This document shows, piece by piece, positions 47,038 to 60,360 of a DNA stretch of 64,000 bases. The translations under genes were made by a program, and so were the position numbers. The first letter of the stretch is position 1, and each line of letters begins with the position of its first letter. Source of the DNA: Camelus dromedarius (lineage: Eukaryota); the NCBI RefSeq assembly GCF_036321535.1, contig NC_087436.1, positions 61,878,001 to 61,942,000 of the forward strand, given 5' to 3'. Below the pieces are notes generated by a model. That model made no database searches. It was not told the origin of the DNA and worked only from the letters and a program-made list of their open reading frames with translations.

Positions 47038-49964
47038 CCAAGAAAAAATAAAGCACAGTTTTACAAATTAGCTAAGTAGAAAGACCTGAAAAGAGATATT
47101 TATAATAGCACACTGCACAAGCTATATAAAGATCATATTTTTTTCTGTGCCAAATCAGCATTGCATTTTTCTTAACACTTTGTACAGTTGTCCCCAAATA
47201 AAAGAACTGTTTCTAAAAATAAAACAAAATATTATAAAAGCTTCACAGTCAAACAGTTTGCAACAAATGATGGGTTTAAACGCACAAATAAAAGTTTAAA
47301 ATAAATATCTATTCACATGCGTGTGTATATGTGTGTGCACAGGCTCATGTCCGTTTTTGTGCTGGCATGACCTGCCCCTCCCCCCATGTCCCCTCCCCCA
47401 CTTTCCCATCACTCTTTAAGGTCGTATTTTAATACAGAAAAGGAATTTACTCTTATTAGTCTTATTGCTGAAGAGTCAGAAGGGGAGGTAGAGAAAGTTG
47501 TTGCCAGTATCACTAGAAAGGCAAGAAGTTTTGTTAATACTAGGGTAGAAAATGGTAGAGATAAGAACATAGTTTGGAAAGTGCCCTATGGTGATAATTA
47601 GGTAGAACCATCTACAATTTATAATTATTAAACTATAGGAATTTTAATTAGCGTTCTTCTTGAATATTGTTTTAAGCCTATTACAGTAAACCTTTGCCCT
47701 ATTTGTGCTTATATATATGAAATTCAAGTTTATTTAGATTTATATGTAGGTGTTTTTTTCTTGTTTGTGGAAGTTTTAGTCTGATATCTGGGAAATGTGA
47801 TTTCACCCCTTTTGGGAATAATTTGCAAACAATTCATAGAAGTCTGTGCCCCTGTATTTCTACAGAATGTCCATAATATCTGGAAACAGTTAATATATTT
47901 GCTTTTTTTACAAGTTGAAGAAGTTCTTGATAACATTATGTATATTTTTCTAAATTTCCTTACTTTAAAACATTCTCTGGAGATGTTTTCAAAGGAATTT
48001 TTAAAAGGTTAAAGCAGGGATGTTATGGTAAACTCAGATCACAAAAGTGCAATTTCAAGTTTATTATGAGGGTGAAGGGGAGAGACAAGGGATAATAGAC
48101 AGTTAAGCTCTGCCTTGGCATCAAACTGACCATGAACAGCTTACCTTGTTATGATGCACTGCTGGAAGGCGCTTTTGCGTTTGCTTGTTTGTTTGTTTTC
48201 TTTTGGTGGGGTGAGAAATGAATTTGAGGAACATCTTCTCTATAGATGAAATTAACTAACTAGATTATCAATTAAATATCAAGCAAAATATTGGTTTATT
48301 TGGTGCTTTGGGACTGTAAGATAGGAACATTGGAATGATGATATATAAACATAATATCAGAAATATATTGAAAATTTGAACAAAAGAACTGAACACAAAA
48401 CAAATACACATTAATAGTTTTTGGCTTAGCATATTATCCATAGCAAAGAGACATTACAGCATCTCATAAAAATGAAGAAGGGAGACATGAGAAATATTGA
48501 AATTGGAGGGATGAATATTTATGGTATCGTATCTATAAACTCAATTTAGTCTTATTTAGCTCTAATTAATTTATATCATTATGTGAATAAAAATGTATAA
48601 CTTCAAACTATCTTCTGAAGAGGAGGATGAAAGTTCAAAAAATCAAATAATTATTCTGGAAAGTCTACATACTTAGCAATATAGGGGCTTGATTAATTTA
48701 TTCATTTCTTTCATTAAAACTTACGGAGCAATTCCTGTATTGTAACAACAGGACCATGTGCTGAGTTAACTATGAAGAATACCTTTTAGTGAGAGTTCTC
48801 TTAGACCATAGTCTACTTAAATTGAGGCCATTTTATTTTTGCTACTGTTTACCATTTGAGCCCTACCATCTAGCACAGTATTTGATGTCTTGCATTTATC
48901 CTTGATTTCTCTTCTTTCACATCCCACAGCCAACTCCTCAGCACATCCTGTCACCATAAGCTCCACACCCAACTACCTCCTCTTTTCACTTGGTCCAAGG
49001 AATTTCGTTTCTAACAAGACTACCATGATGGCCTCTTAATGGTTTTCCTGCTTCCACTTCTAACACACACACCCAAAAGTCTATTCTCCATAGAGCAGTC
49101 AGTGTGATCGTTTTAAATTTAAACCATATAATTAGAAGTATCAGGACTAGGTCTAGAATTCAGGCCTCCTATCTTCTTTCATTTTTCCATGAAACTAAGA
49201 TGCTTCATTTTTAATTTGAACTTACATATTAATGATGATCCAATCACAGTCATCATTTAAACATATATTTTTATGAAAGAAAATTACTTTCCTTTGTATT
49301 ATTAAATTCTAACGAAGTACATAGTCTGGGTACTAGTATGCCGGACTAGCTACTCTAAAAAAGATGCGTGGGCTTGGTTGAATCTCTCATTTTTCCAGTA
49401 CTTTCTGTACAAACCAACAGATCTCCTAAGCTGCCTAAATGGGACAACTAATATAAACGTTCACTGCTCCAAAATTTCTATTTCCCCCTCTTTACCTTCT
49501 TGGGTTTATTATATTCATTCTTTTCATTTCTCAAGCCATTACTCTGTTAATAAGTTAGAATGGCACCACTGTACTTTGTACATGTTAATCTGGAATTAGT
49601 TTCTTACCTCAACCAATCTCATTTTATCCAGCTTCTCACTGACTCAAGTTTTAGATCTCCGTATCATTCTTCACAAATGTTACATTTATTATCACATTCT
49701 TCTTCTACATTCCAAGGTACCTGAAGAGGTGTTTTAAATCAGTATCTGTTTGAAGTGAGTGTGCTTGGAATTTTTAGCATCATGTTGGCAAGAGGTTCTT
49801 TGCTTGCTAGAGAAATCTGGAAATACAAATCTTAGATGCACTTAAACCTCCCAAAAGACCCCACAGATAATATTAAGGTAATACTAGTACTTAGGAGACT
49901 CAATTAGAGAAAATAAATTACTCTTTATTCTTATTTAATAAAAGACAATGACATTTATAAAACT

Positions 49965-50295
49965 TTTACATTAACTCAACAAATATTTAATAATCTCCTA
50001 TTACATGGAGTATTACAGTAAATATATTAGACAAAAATCCTTATGTTTAAAGTTTAATAGAAAATGAGGAACAATTAAAAATAAGATGTGAGGTATTCAG
50101 TAGGCAATAATTGCTTTGAGGAGCATTAGAGAGGAAAAGTGTGATGGAGGGTTTGGAGGGCCGTGTCCAAGTATAAATCAGTGGATGTCTCACGGAGAAG
50201 ATGACAGTAAGTAAAGGCTTAGGGAGGAAAGTGAGTGAGCCATGGAACTATCCTTGGGAGAACATTCCAGAGGGACGCACCAATGCAAAGACTGA
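49965..50295 (-). mobile_element. L2 LINE 3' fragment
   Basis: 'cattaactcaacaaatatttaataatctcctatt' and 'ggagaacattccagagggacgcaccaatgcaaag'. Confidence 0.7.
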
Positions 50296-50415
50296 AAATA
50301 GTATTGGGTACAATATTTCATTAATCATAAATTTGACTCTGCCGAACTTCCTGATATAAAGTTTAAAATTATTGGTCTCAGAAGCATATTTTGATCATTT
50401 TCTCCAGCAGCTGAC

Positions 50416-50783
50416 TGTTATAGGCTGAATTATGTTCCCCCAGAATCCATATGTTGAAGGCCTACCCTCAGTACCTCAGAATATTTGGAGATAAGTATGG
50501 GGTAATTAATGTTAAATGAGATTATGAGGGTGGGCCCTAATTTAATAGGACCAATGTCTTTATGAGAAGACAGTAGGACACAGACACACACAGAGGGAAG
50601 ACCACATGAAGACAGAGGGAGAAGACAGACATCTACAGCCAAGGAGAGAGGCCTTTGAAGAAACAAGTCTGCAGACACCTTCACCGCTGACTTCTAAGCC
50701 TCTAGAAGTGTGAGAAAATAAATTTCTGTTTAAGTCACCCAGGCTGTGGTACGTTATTGTGGCAACCCTAAAAAACTGATACA
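50416..50783 (+). mobile_element. MaLR solo LTR, MLT1A/B-like
   Basis: 'tgttataggctgaattatgttcccccagaatccatatgttgaag...gagggtgggccctaat...tgtgagaaaataaatttctgtttaagtcaccc...ggcaaccctaaaaaactgataca'. Degenerate TSD ctgac/ttgat. Confidence 0.92.
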
Positions 50784-51869
50784 TTGATATGTTAAGTATC
50801 CTAATTGTTATCCTAATTAACAAATTTGAAAACCTAAGATGTATCTTTACTAGATACTGTTGTAGGACACCAAGGAAGTTAGAACACTTTCCTGAAAATC
50901 TGTTAGTGCTGTGGCTTAGATATAGGGGATACAGAAGCCAGAGAAAGAACAAATCCTTGCACAGTTATCTTTTATTATATTTTCTGTTCTGAACATGTTA
51001 GTCTGGATTAATAAGAATAAGAGGTATTTTTGAAATCTTATCAGAGCAGACCTCCGTTATACAAAGTGCAGCTGTGGAAATATTAATTATCCTACAGTAT
51101 TGGGTTATTTACCAAATCAAGCCAGTGAGAAAATCAAGGTATTGGAAACACTTCCATCAGATCTTGTAAGAGAGTCCAAATTGTTTTAAAAGCCTTGCTT
51201 ATAAAGGCATACTTGGCAGGCACCCTGTGCAGTGATGAATATGCTTACATCTTCAGGAGGACATGACAGCCAGCGGGGGTGTTGGATAGCCTGCAATTTG
51301 TGAAGAGGTAATTTTTTTTTTTTACAAAACTTATAACCCATGAAGTAAACCATGCACAGGTAACCTGCCTGTTCTCCAGGCTTCTTTTGATTAACTTCAT
51401 GAGAGAGCAAAGATTTATGCAGGGAAGAAGTTTCTGCATTCACCTGTTGTGGTGCTCCTTTCAGAATATGACAAATGGCATCATCTGATTTCAGAAGGGA
51501 GTGACAGGACCGTGTTGCAGTCAAAACCATTACAGGGGTGCATTTGCAGATTCCAGCTGCTTGTTCTTCCAGGAGGCCCACACTGAGCAGAAATAGACCT
51601 ACTCTTACTTTCACTTATCTTTGTCAGCAATATGTTCTGTAGAAAGAAAATCCCAACAAATTTCTGTTATTTCCAATTTGTGCCAAGAGTTTTCAGGAAT
51701 CTCGAGATGAACCTAGTTGAGTTCAGCGTTGCATCCTCACCCACACTGGTTCTTCAGTCTAAAATAACCTAGGAAAGATGAGCAGGAGAGAGCTCTGAGA
51801 GCCTGAACTGTAGAGCTCATCCTCGATATCCATTCCTTTTGTTGTTAATGTATCTAAAAATTAGTATGA

Positions 51870-52115
51870 TAATAGTAGTTGTCCTTTTTTTGAGGTTTGC
51901 TTTTAATTTTGCCCATTAATTTACATTTATTATCTCACTGGATGCTCAAAATACTTCTCTGAATTAAGGCTTATCATACCCTTACTACAGAAATGAAGAA
52001 ACTGATGTACAGAAAAGCTAAGTAATTTGTCCAATGTTACATAGCTAAAGAGTTGATGGAAAATTTGAACCCAGACAGCTTGATTCCAAAGCTTGTTTTC
52101 TTAGCTCCCTTGCCA
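51870..52115 (-). mobile_element. MIR SINE
   Basis: 'acagaaatgaagaaactgatgtacagaaaagctaagtaatttgtccaatgttacatagcta...atttgaacccagacag'. Confidence 0.8.
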
Positions 52116-52287
52116 AATACTTCTTAAACAGCTTTTATGAAATGAATGCCTAGTACATTTAAGTATCTGTTTCTTCTTTAGAAATTAAAGGCAGAACTGA
52201 TACATTTCCCAGCCTGGTTCTAAAGAAATAGTTACATGCCAGTAAGGTTTGAAAGGATGACTCTGTGTTCTGATACATGTACTTGAT

Positions 52288-52737
52288 GATTTCCTCCCCA
52301 CACCCCCTCACCGCTCCTCGCCCTTCTCCACTCGTGCCACGCAGAAGAACTGATCTATGTGGATCACGGTCAAGGGTTCTCTGCCTCAGGCTTCCAGTGG
52401 GTTTAGCCACTGGGGAGCTCAGGCAATAGGTTGGAAGAGCAGAATGAGATGGGAATCACTATTACTTTCACTCCCTCCCTGTGGTGCAGCCAGGATCCAG
52501 TTGAGTCCCTTGACTAAAGATTTCAACTCCTTGAGACAGTTTTTCCAGAGAGACTTCTCTGCTCTGAATGGTGGTAACCCTTTCCCTCCTCAGGCCATTG
52601 GGATTCTCCCCGTGTGGAATCGTTCTGTCCCTCATGGTCTCGCTGCAGGGCTCCCAGTCTTGTATGTTATTCCTTTACAGAGCTCTCTTTGAATTATTAT
52701 AATTTGTATATGCCAAATAGTGACCTTGATTAATACA
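52288..52737 (+). mobile_element. ERVL solo LTR, LTR33-like
   Basis: 'ctgatctatgtggatcac...ggcttccagtgggtttagccactgggg...ctccctccctgtgg...gtcccttgactaaag', ending 'gaccttgattaataca'. Explains track ORFs 52159-52410 and 52357-52692. Confidence 0.7.
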
Positions 52738-55379
52738 ATTTAAAAAATTGTGTGGACTAATATGGAATATTGAGCTTCTTACTTTTTCAAAACCAGTCAC
52801 TGCATTGAGCCTGCTGGCTTATACTCTCCAGACATTACCTGAAACTCTCCTCAAATCTCTCTTGCTGTCTACCTTTCAGTTACTAAATATCAAGTCAGGG
52901 TCCAAATGAATCTCATCAGTAAAGGGTGATCTAAGGATAAACAAAACAAACAAAATCTCATAATGGGCTACAGTTGTGGATCCTGTCCTCTCTCTATATA
53001 TGCGTATATAAAATAAAGCATATCCCAGCTGTACAAAATTCATTAGTGATGATTCATTAAAATAGGCCTGAGTATTTTTTTAACTATACTTAGTTTCTTA
53101 ATATATTTGTTTCTTAAAATTTCTTGTTTTGAAACAAAACAACATTGCAGAAACATTTTTTTAAAGAAATTAGTTAGAATTCTTCCAGAACACTGAAACG
53201 TTGACCAACTGTGAATTATGATTATAATCATCATCATGTTCAAGCAGTATTGATTGAGGCCTCTGTGTGTGCACAATAAACTGGCTTACACATTGCAGCC
53301 CGTAAGATACATGTCCCTACACAGGAGGCTGTTTTGTGTATGCCCTGCTCTAGTCTCAGCCGTATTCCCACCTTAGCATTTCTGGACTCTGTATCAGTGC
53401 TATTTCTATGTAGATAATTCTGGCATATTACTATTGTTACATTAATTCTTCTGACATGAATTCTGCCCTCTTCATTTTGAAATCTTTAGTATCAGTCAGG
53501 GACTGAATCTGACTATCTTATTAACTAATTGGAACATCCGTCTTTTGGGGCTAACATCATGGGATTTTTTTTTCTTTGTGCCCATTACTTCAACTTGTTC
53601 AATGACCATGATGAAATTTCCAAGCAGTGCCAACAACCTTGCCAATGTGGGTCTGTTCTTGTATTCAAAGAGGAGGGTGAGGGCAAGTTGGTAGAAGAAT
53701 ACTAACCCATCACCATCACTAGAGAGAAATCCAAAATGCATATATTCTGATTGCGTTTAATTATATCACTTTTGTACTCAGATAACAACAAATTGATAAC
53801 AACTGCAATTTCAGATTTGTTGTTTCAAGATGGAATCAGTTTGTTACCTCGGATTGCTTAAATTTTATCTCACTCATATGTATCCACTTATGTAAAACAT
53901 TAAAGAACTTCACACATCCTGAAGATAAAGAGTTACCAGATACCAGGTTATATGAGAAGAGGAGGTAAAGCTAAATAAAAGGGGCAGTAAAGCTTAGCAG
54001 TTTCAGGCACGAATCACAGAATAATCTACTGCTTTTATAGTAGAAACCAGTTTGACTCTTGAACTCACAGCATTTTCTCCAATAGCAGTAGAACTGGGGC
54101 CTTGGCCCCATCCCTGAGAGAACGCAGTTTTCTATTATTCTCTTTAGCTTCAACAAAAATGATCTTTATGCTGTGATTTTTTTTCTTGTTGAAACATTTT
54201 ATGACCAGCTTACATTGCCTCACTTTTGTACTAGTCCCCTTTGAGAATAATAATGGGGGAAAAAAGCTTGAAGTAGTCATTTTTTCTGTTATTTCGCTCT
54301 GTTAATATGTGGATTGATTTGAGAAAAAAATAAGAATTGCTTAGACAACTCTAATGGTTGCTATCACTTCAGAATAGACTGTTGGCTATTGATTAAATTA
54401 GAATGCTACGCATGAACACAGCTGTGATCTGATTTCAAGTTGCAGAGTTCTGGTTTTGTTTTGGTAGACTGTAAGTGACTTACAGTAGTTGTTTACTTGA
54501 AAATAAAAGCCAAGTCTTTGTCAAGTTTTTTTTTTTTTTGCATGTTTACATACAGTAAACAACAAAACACAATTGTTTTCCATATAAAAGTAATAGTACA
54601 TACTTAGAGCAATGTGAATTATACTCATTTTGGTGACAGTTGATATGTTTAATAATATCAAATAGTTTCTTAATGCCTAGAAGAAGGAAAGGTGTCAAAC
54701 TATGAATTGTGCCAGCCAAAGGACAGTGATCAATGAGTAACTTATATTGTGTATACTGTGTCATTTTTTCCTAACTACTGTTTTTCTAAATACATTTCTA
54801 AGTAATACTTTTCTCAAAAACTTAAATCGATTAGGTACTAACTCAAAAAACAACCAAAAAATGTCATCTCATGTAAAAGGAAGAAAAAAAGTTTAAAAGG
54901 TCAGTAATATCACACATAATCAAATCTCAGGACCACATAAGAAATATATTATGGCATTCTCCATTTAACATGCAGGAAGAGAATTAATGTATGATATTAA
55001 AATAAGTGTATTTTAATTTAAAATGTTGTTAAAATTGTAACTATATTTTAGCTGTGCTTTAATTTAACTCTACTACTTAAAAATCTTTAAATAGTGATAA
55101 TATTTAAGGACAAGTGAAAGATGCATGATGTTTGCCCGGAATTATAAACTCTTGAATTAACTAGAGTAAAATTAATAAATAAGTGTTGTAATTTGAGATA
55201 ATTCTATCAATACAAAGAGGTGAAGAATAATATGATAAAGGGGTGGAATGTCTGATTGCTGAAGTCCATCCTTTAAATTCTAACAACCTCCTGTGCTGTG
55301 ACAAGCAAGGAATAGAACTACTTTGTCTTACTGAGAGATTATAGAATGGTTACTTTGATTGGTTGGATATGAAAAAGGG

Positions 55380-55715
55380 AAGAAAGCCATTGGACTGGGT
55401 AAGAGATCTGGCTCTTCTATTATATGGTTGTATGATCTCGATAAATTATTTCACCTCTGTGAATCTTACTTTCTGCATCCAGCAGCGTTGAATAATGATT
55501 AAGATTACTTATTCTTGGAATTGATTTGCTGAGGTGAAAACTGTAGCCCACCATCGAATGTGTGACATTGGGCAAGATTCCTGATGTCTCTGTTTCCTCC
55601 TTTTCACAGTGCAGACCATTGTCTCAGCTCATAGGGTTGTTATGAAAATTAAGTAAGTAAATACATTTAGAATAGTGCCTTGCCCATTGTAAATTCTTAG
55701 TAAATGTTAGCTTTA
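55380..55715 (+). mobile_element. Two MIR fragments
   Basis: 'tgtgtgacattgggcaagattcctgatgtctctgtttcctcc...ctcatagggttgttatgaaaattaa...ttagaatagtgcct'. Confidence 0.75.
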
Positions 55716-56299
55716 ACATGTTATGGTGTTTTCATGAATTCATTGAATTTTAAAATTTCATTTTGAATGACATACTGCATTTATTCAAGATCTGAATATA
55801 ATGAGAACAGTGGCTTTTTAGACTCAGCCCCCTTGTTCATGTGAAATTCTGTATTGATGAATATTTGCCAAAGTGTAAGGAAGAGAATGGTCCATTTATG
55901 GTATAATGCATTTCATTCAATTCAGATGAAGGCAGTCAGGCATGTGAGGTTGTCAACACTCTTCCTTCCTTCCGACGTATCTGGTATCCATTTGCAAGAT
56001 TGGCTCAGCAGCAGAAATTTGGTAAGGAGCTGAGAGAAGGAGGTTCTTCTAGTACTCAAAGCAAAGAGAAAAGGAAGTTACTTATGGTGTTATTGATATG
56101 GTATCTGGTTTTTCTCTTGGTTTTAGGGATTGGCTCTTAATTCTCTAAAAGGATTTCACATAAAAGCAGTTTTAAAGATGGTTTTTGAGAGATCAGGGAC
56201 ATATGTAGCAGATGGTAATGTGCAAGTTACAGTTGGGGTTGTGTAATATTGTTCTCATCACTATAAGGGATTCTTTAAGAAACACAGCAGGGACTTTTA

Positions 56300-56988
56300 A
56301 AAAAATTAATTCTAGTAAAATACACATAACATAAAGTTAACCAAATTAACCACTCTTAAGTATATATGGCTCAGAGGTGTGAAGTACATTCACACTGTTG
56401 TGCAAACTATCTCCAGAATTATTTTCATCTTGCAGAACTGAAACTCTATACCCATTAAGCAACTCCCCATTCACTCCTCTCACCAGCCCCTTGCAACCAC
56501 CATTCTGTATTCTGTCTCTATAAATTTGACTACACTAGGTATCTCATATAAATGGAATTATACAGGATTTGTCTTTTTGTAACTGGCTTATTTCATTACC
56601 ATAATACCCTCAAAGTTCATCCATGTTGTCTTATTTGTCCAAATTTCCTTCCTTTTTAAGGTTGAGTATCATTCCATTGCACGTATATACCACATTTTGT
56701 ATATCAATTATTTATTGATTGACACTTGGGTTGCTTCCACTTTGGGGCCACTGTGTATAATGCTGCTATAAACATGGGTGTACAAATATCTCTTGGAGAC
56801 TCTGCCTTTGATTCTTTTGAGTATATACCTAGAAGTAAATTTGCTGCGACATATAGTAATTCTATTTTCACTGTGGCTGCACCATTTTACATTCATGTTA
56901 ACAGTGCACAAGAGTTCCAATTTATTCATATTCTTGCTAATACTTGTCATTTATTTACTTCTTTATAGGAGACATCCCATTGAGTGTG
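56300..56988 (-). mobile_element. L1MA/L1MB-type 3' end
   Basis: 'gtacattcacactgttgtgcaa...ttttcatcttgcagaactgaaactctatacccattaa...ccagccccttgcaaccaccattct...aaagttcatccatgttg'. Degenerate flanking repeat cagggactt/cagggcctt. Confidence 0.9.
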
Positions 56989-58434
56989 AACATAACAGGG
57001 CCTTAAATTTCTTTCTTTTGCTCTAGATTATAAACTCCTCAAGGCAAGTATCGTAAGTGTCTCATTTACTGCTATGTCCCCTGTGCTTCACGTCCTGTCC
57101 GGAACTCAATACAGATTCAACAAACATGTGTTAAATATAAGTATATAAGAGCACAGCATAGTTTTGGTACCTTGAGTGCTCTGCAACTCTGTGATATGCC
57201 AGAGAGCAGCATCTCAGGCGAGGTGATTTCCCCACAAGCTCAGGAAGCAGACCAGAGATGACCTTCCTCTCTGGAGAGATTCAAGGGCATCAAACAAGAC
57301 AGCCGCTGAGGAGAAATATAGGCAGATAGAGATTTCTGTAGGAATACAGGTATTACATGAGTATTTCTGAGACACTCCATGGGGCTTTCTAGAGTTACTT
57401 AGCAATATGTTAGATTTAGGAAAGTAAAACTGGAGAAGAATAAGGATGCTGACTCCTCACAACTAGGATAAGTCAACTAAATTCACATGTTACAAGTTAA
57501 GTGATGACAATTTGATTTTAATTCCAGTTATACTGAGCTCAAAATGGACCAAACTTTCTCCACTTATGAGTTAGTATTTATAAGTGTTATGTTTATGTTT
57601 GTAAATAAATTGATAGTGACTCTATTTCAGGAATTGCTAACAGTAATTAATTGTGAAGAATTGATAATGTACAAAACTAGTTAGCTTTAGTTGGCTTCAA
57701 AATGAGCTTGATCTAACAATGCCTTCACTGGATGATATTTTTCTCTGTAAAAAAAGGTTTCCTTAAAACACAGATGATTATAGATGCTAGTTAACAGTTG
57801 ACAGGTTATGAAAGAATGTACATAAGTCATATGATTACCTACTTTGCTGTGGCCTATGATCACTGAATCACTGTAGGAAATAGCTCATACTTAGAGCTAA
57901 TTGAATTAAAACATAGGAAGAATTTGCTAATTTGCAATTGAAGTAGGGTCAATAATAATAGAAGATCCAGAGAAAGGTGAAATTATAAAGTAAGTAGAGA
58001 CTAAGTTTTTATAAGAAACCAAGCCAGTGGGAGACAGCAATTAGATGTGTATGGAGATTGAGAGACAAATGGAGAAGAGAGAGGAGAGAGTAGCCTGTCT
58101 CTAGAGCTGTCTCACTTTGTTAATAGATTTCCTATTCCAGTCCATTATACAGGCATTATTAAAATCATCCCACTTTTTCTTGAGGTAGCTTGAGTTACCA
58201 TCCTTTGAAATCAGTCTTAGAAAATAATTATGTCCTTTGGTTAAACCTGGTCCCAAATCTGCTTTTATGTGCTGAGAGCAGTTTCATTGTCCACTAAGCT
58301 TTAGTATGTAAATTGGCTCAATATAATGGAGGTTCAGGCAGTAAAGTTTTGCTCATCACATTATTATTTACTATCTTATATTATAAGTCACCTGCTTTGG
58401 TTATGGAAGCTTAATACCAGAATGAAGTACCACT

Positions 58435-58625
58435 GCCATTTATTGAGTACATTTTATTCAGTAGGTATGCAGCTAGGTACTTAAGATTTAGACCTCAAAA
58501 ATTTAACTCTATGACATAGGTAACAATATCCTATTTTAAATATGAAGAAATTAAAGCCCAGAATGTTTAAGGGTTGTTTCAGAGTCACAGTCAGGTCGTC
58601 TCAACTCCAGAAACAATGGCATTAG
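58435..58625 (-). mobile_element. MIR SINE
   Basis: 'ccatttattgagtac...ctattttaaatatgaagaaattaaagcccagaatgtttaag'. Confidence 0.65.
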
Positions 58626-59841
58626 AATGAGAGAGGATGAGTCCAGTTTTTGTGTCAAAAAGCATAAATCTTATCACAGTTCCACAAAGATAAGGTATTT
58701 TTGAAAATATAAACCAGTACATTTTGCTGTAGTGTTCCCTATTATAATTATTTTGACTTAAAATATAATTACAAGATTTCTCTTATCCTTATTCTCTTAA
58801 CTCATCTCCATTTGTCATGCAAGTCTTAACTGAAGTAATTTAGAAACTGCGACCAGGATGATCTTTTTAAAAACATTAACTGAAATAAAATGATCCCTTT
58901 ACTTAAAACTCTTTGATAGCTATTCATTTTACTCAAACTAACCTAGCAAAATTCCTAATATGGCTAATGGCTTCAATGTGATCTGGCCTTGCCTTTTTTT
59001 TTTAATTTGTCTTGTAAGCCTGTGGGTCTCAAACTTTCCCTGCACCTGGAACACTAGTTTGAACTTTTTTAATTTAAACTCAGCCTTCCCTGTGATTCTT
59101 CCATTTTCCCAGTGTTGGAGAAAATGTATCTGAGGTGGATACTCAATGCTTTTTCTCAAGTTGTGCCCATTCTCCCCATTTCTGCACATTTCCAAAAAGC
59201 AGCTGTGTTATACTAAAAAGCTTGGCATTCCCAATACAGATTGTTTTGGACCGAGATGGACACATAATAAAGAAAAGTCTTTCACTGGGACTTTGAAAGT
59301 GGGGTCAAAAAAAATTAAATCTTAGACTTACTTTTCCAGGATGAAAAAAGAAATCAAAGCAGAAACGGTTGGTGGCAGAAAAAAAAAAAAAAGACATTTT
59401 TTTCTTAAGTGAATTAGAAAGTACAGAAATTTCATCTGTGGGAAGACACATGTAAATCAGACTACAGTGATACTACATGGGAGCCATCCATGGCCGTGCC
59501 CCTCCTCTCCCACCAGACACTTCCTGGGTTTCCTCCAGTGCCTCTTGCAATCAGTAGTTCTGGCGCCTGAGTCATAGCTGCACGTCTGACCTTATACTTC
59601 ACAAGGCACCACTGTATTCTAATCATAAATATATTGGAAGCCCTATTAAGCTGTCTGCACTTCACAGACTCACTGGATTAACCAACATTCTCCATTCCCT
59701 TAGAAAAACATGCGGACCTCTCATTGCAATTGTGGTTGAGTGCTCACTCTACTAGGCCCCTGTCCAGGACCTCACCACCCCTGATCCTCCTTCTTGACTT
59801 CAGTGCTTAACTAGAGTCAGCCTTGTTTGTTTCCTACTACG

Positions 59842-60360
59842 CCAGTTGATTGTCACTAAGCTGAATTATTAAACTCAAATGCCTATTACAGAAGCCAATG
59901 GACTATGAGTGCAAAAATAAAAACAATATCTTTGTCATGAAATCTAAATTGAAGGTCTTTGGAAAGACTCAAGAAAGAGAGAAAAAAATATTTGAGGAAA
60001 GTGCTGTGGAATTGGATGTGGGCAAGTCAACTCTGAAAGATTGGGATACGCATTTTTTTTTTTAAAGCATTCTACTCATATTTTTCCTCTGTTCTTGATA
60101 CAGTTTAAGATATTGTAAACTGATGTTAAATTTTGGGTGTTGTTTATTCAAGATAGGTGATTCTAAACACCAGTCAAATCTGCATTGATAAAAAGCTTTG
60201 GCCCTATGTCAAAAGTTTAGCAAACAAATAACACACTTTCAAAGTTAAGTCAAAATAAAATATTTAAGGTAAGAATGTGTCACTTTTTTGGTCCACAACT
60301 TACAGTGGTATTAATTAATTTACCAATTCCCCAACCTTCTGGATTTGGATAATAGCACTT
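59842..60360 (+). mobile_element. Tigger-family DNA transposon remnant (Tigger15-like) with a transposase HTH fragment
   Basis: 60003-60044 translates to AVELDVGKSTLKDW, matching the CENP-B/pogo N-terminal helix-turn-helix motif. Preceded by a decayed start 'atgagtgcaaaa'. Confidence 0.7.

Noticed and set aside
50430..50992. 130-aa and 84-aa ORFs
   Set aside because: They overlap the MLT1 LTR and are typical antisense LTR pseudo-ORFs.
51257..51307. 51-nt + strand exon-like segment (cag|...|gtaatt)
   Set aside because: Stop codons in all three frames and a weak polypyrimidine tract.
57745..58230. Possible very old LTR remnant
   Set aside because: Only vague resemblance; family and boundaries cannot be supported without a profile search.
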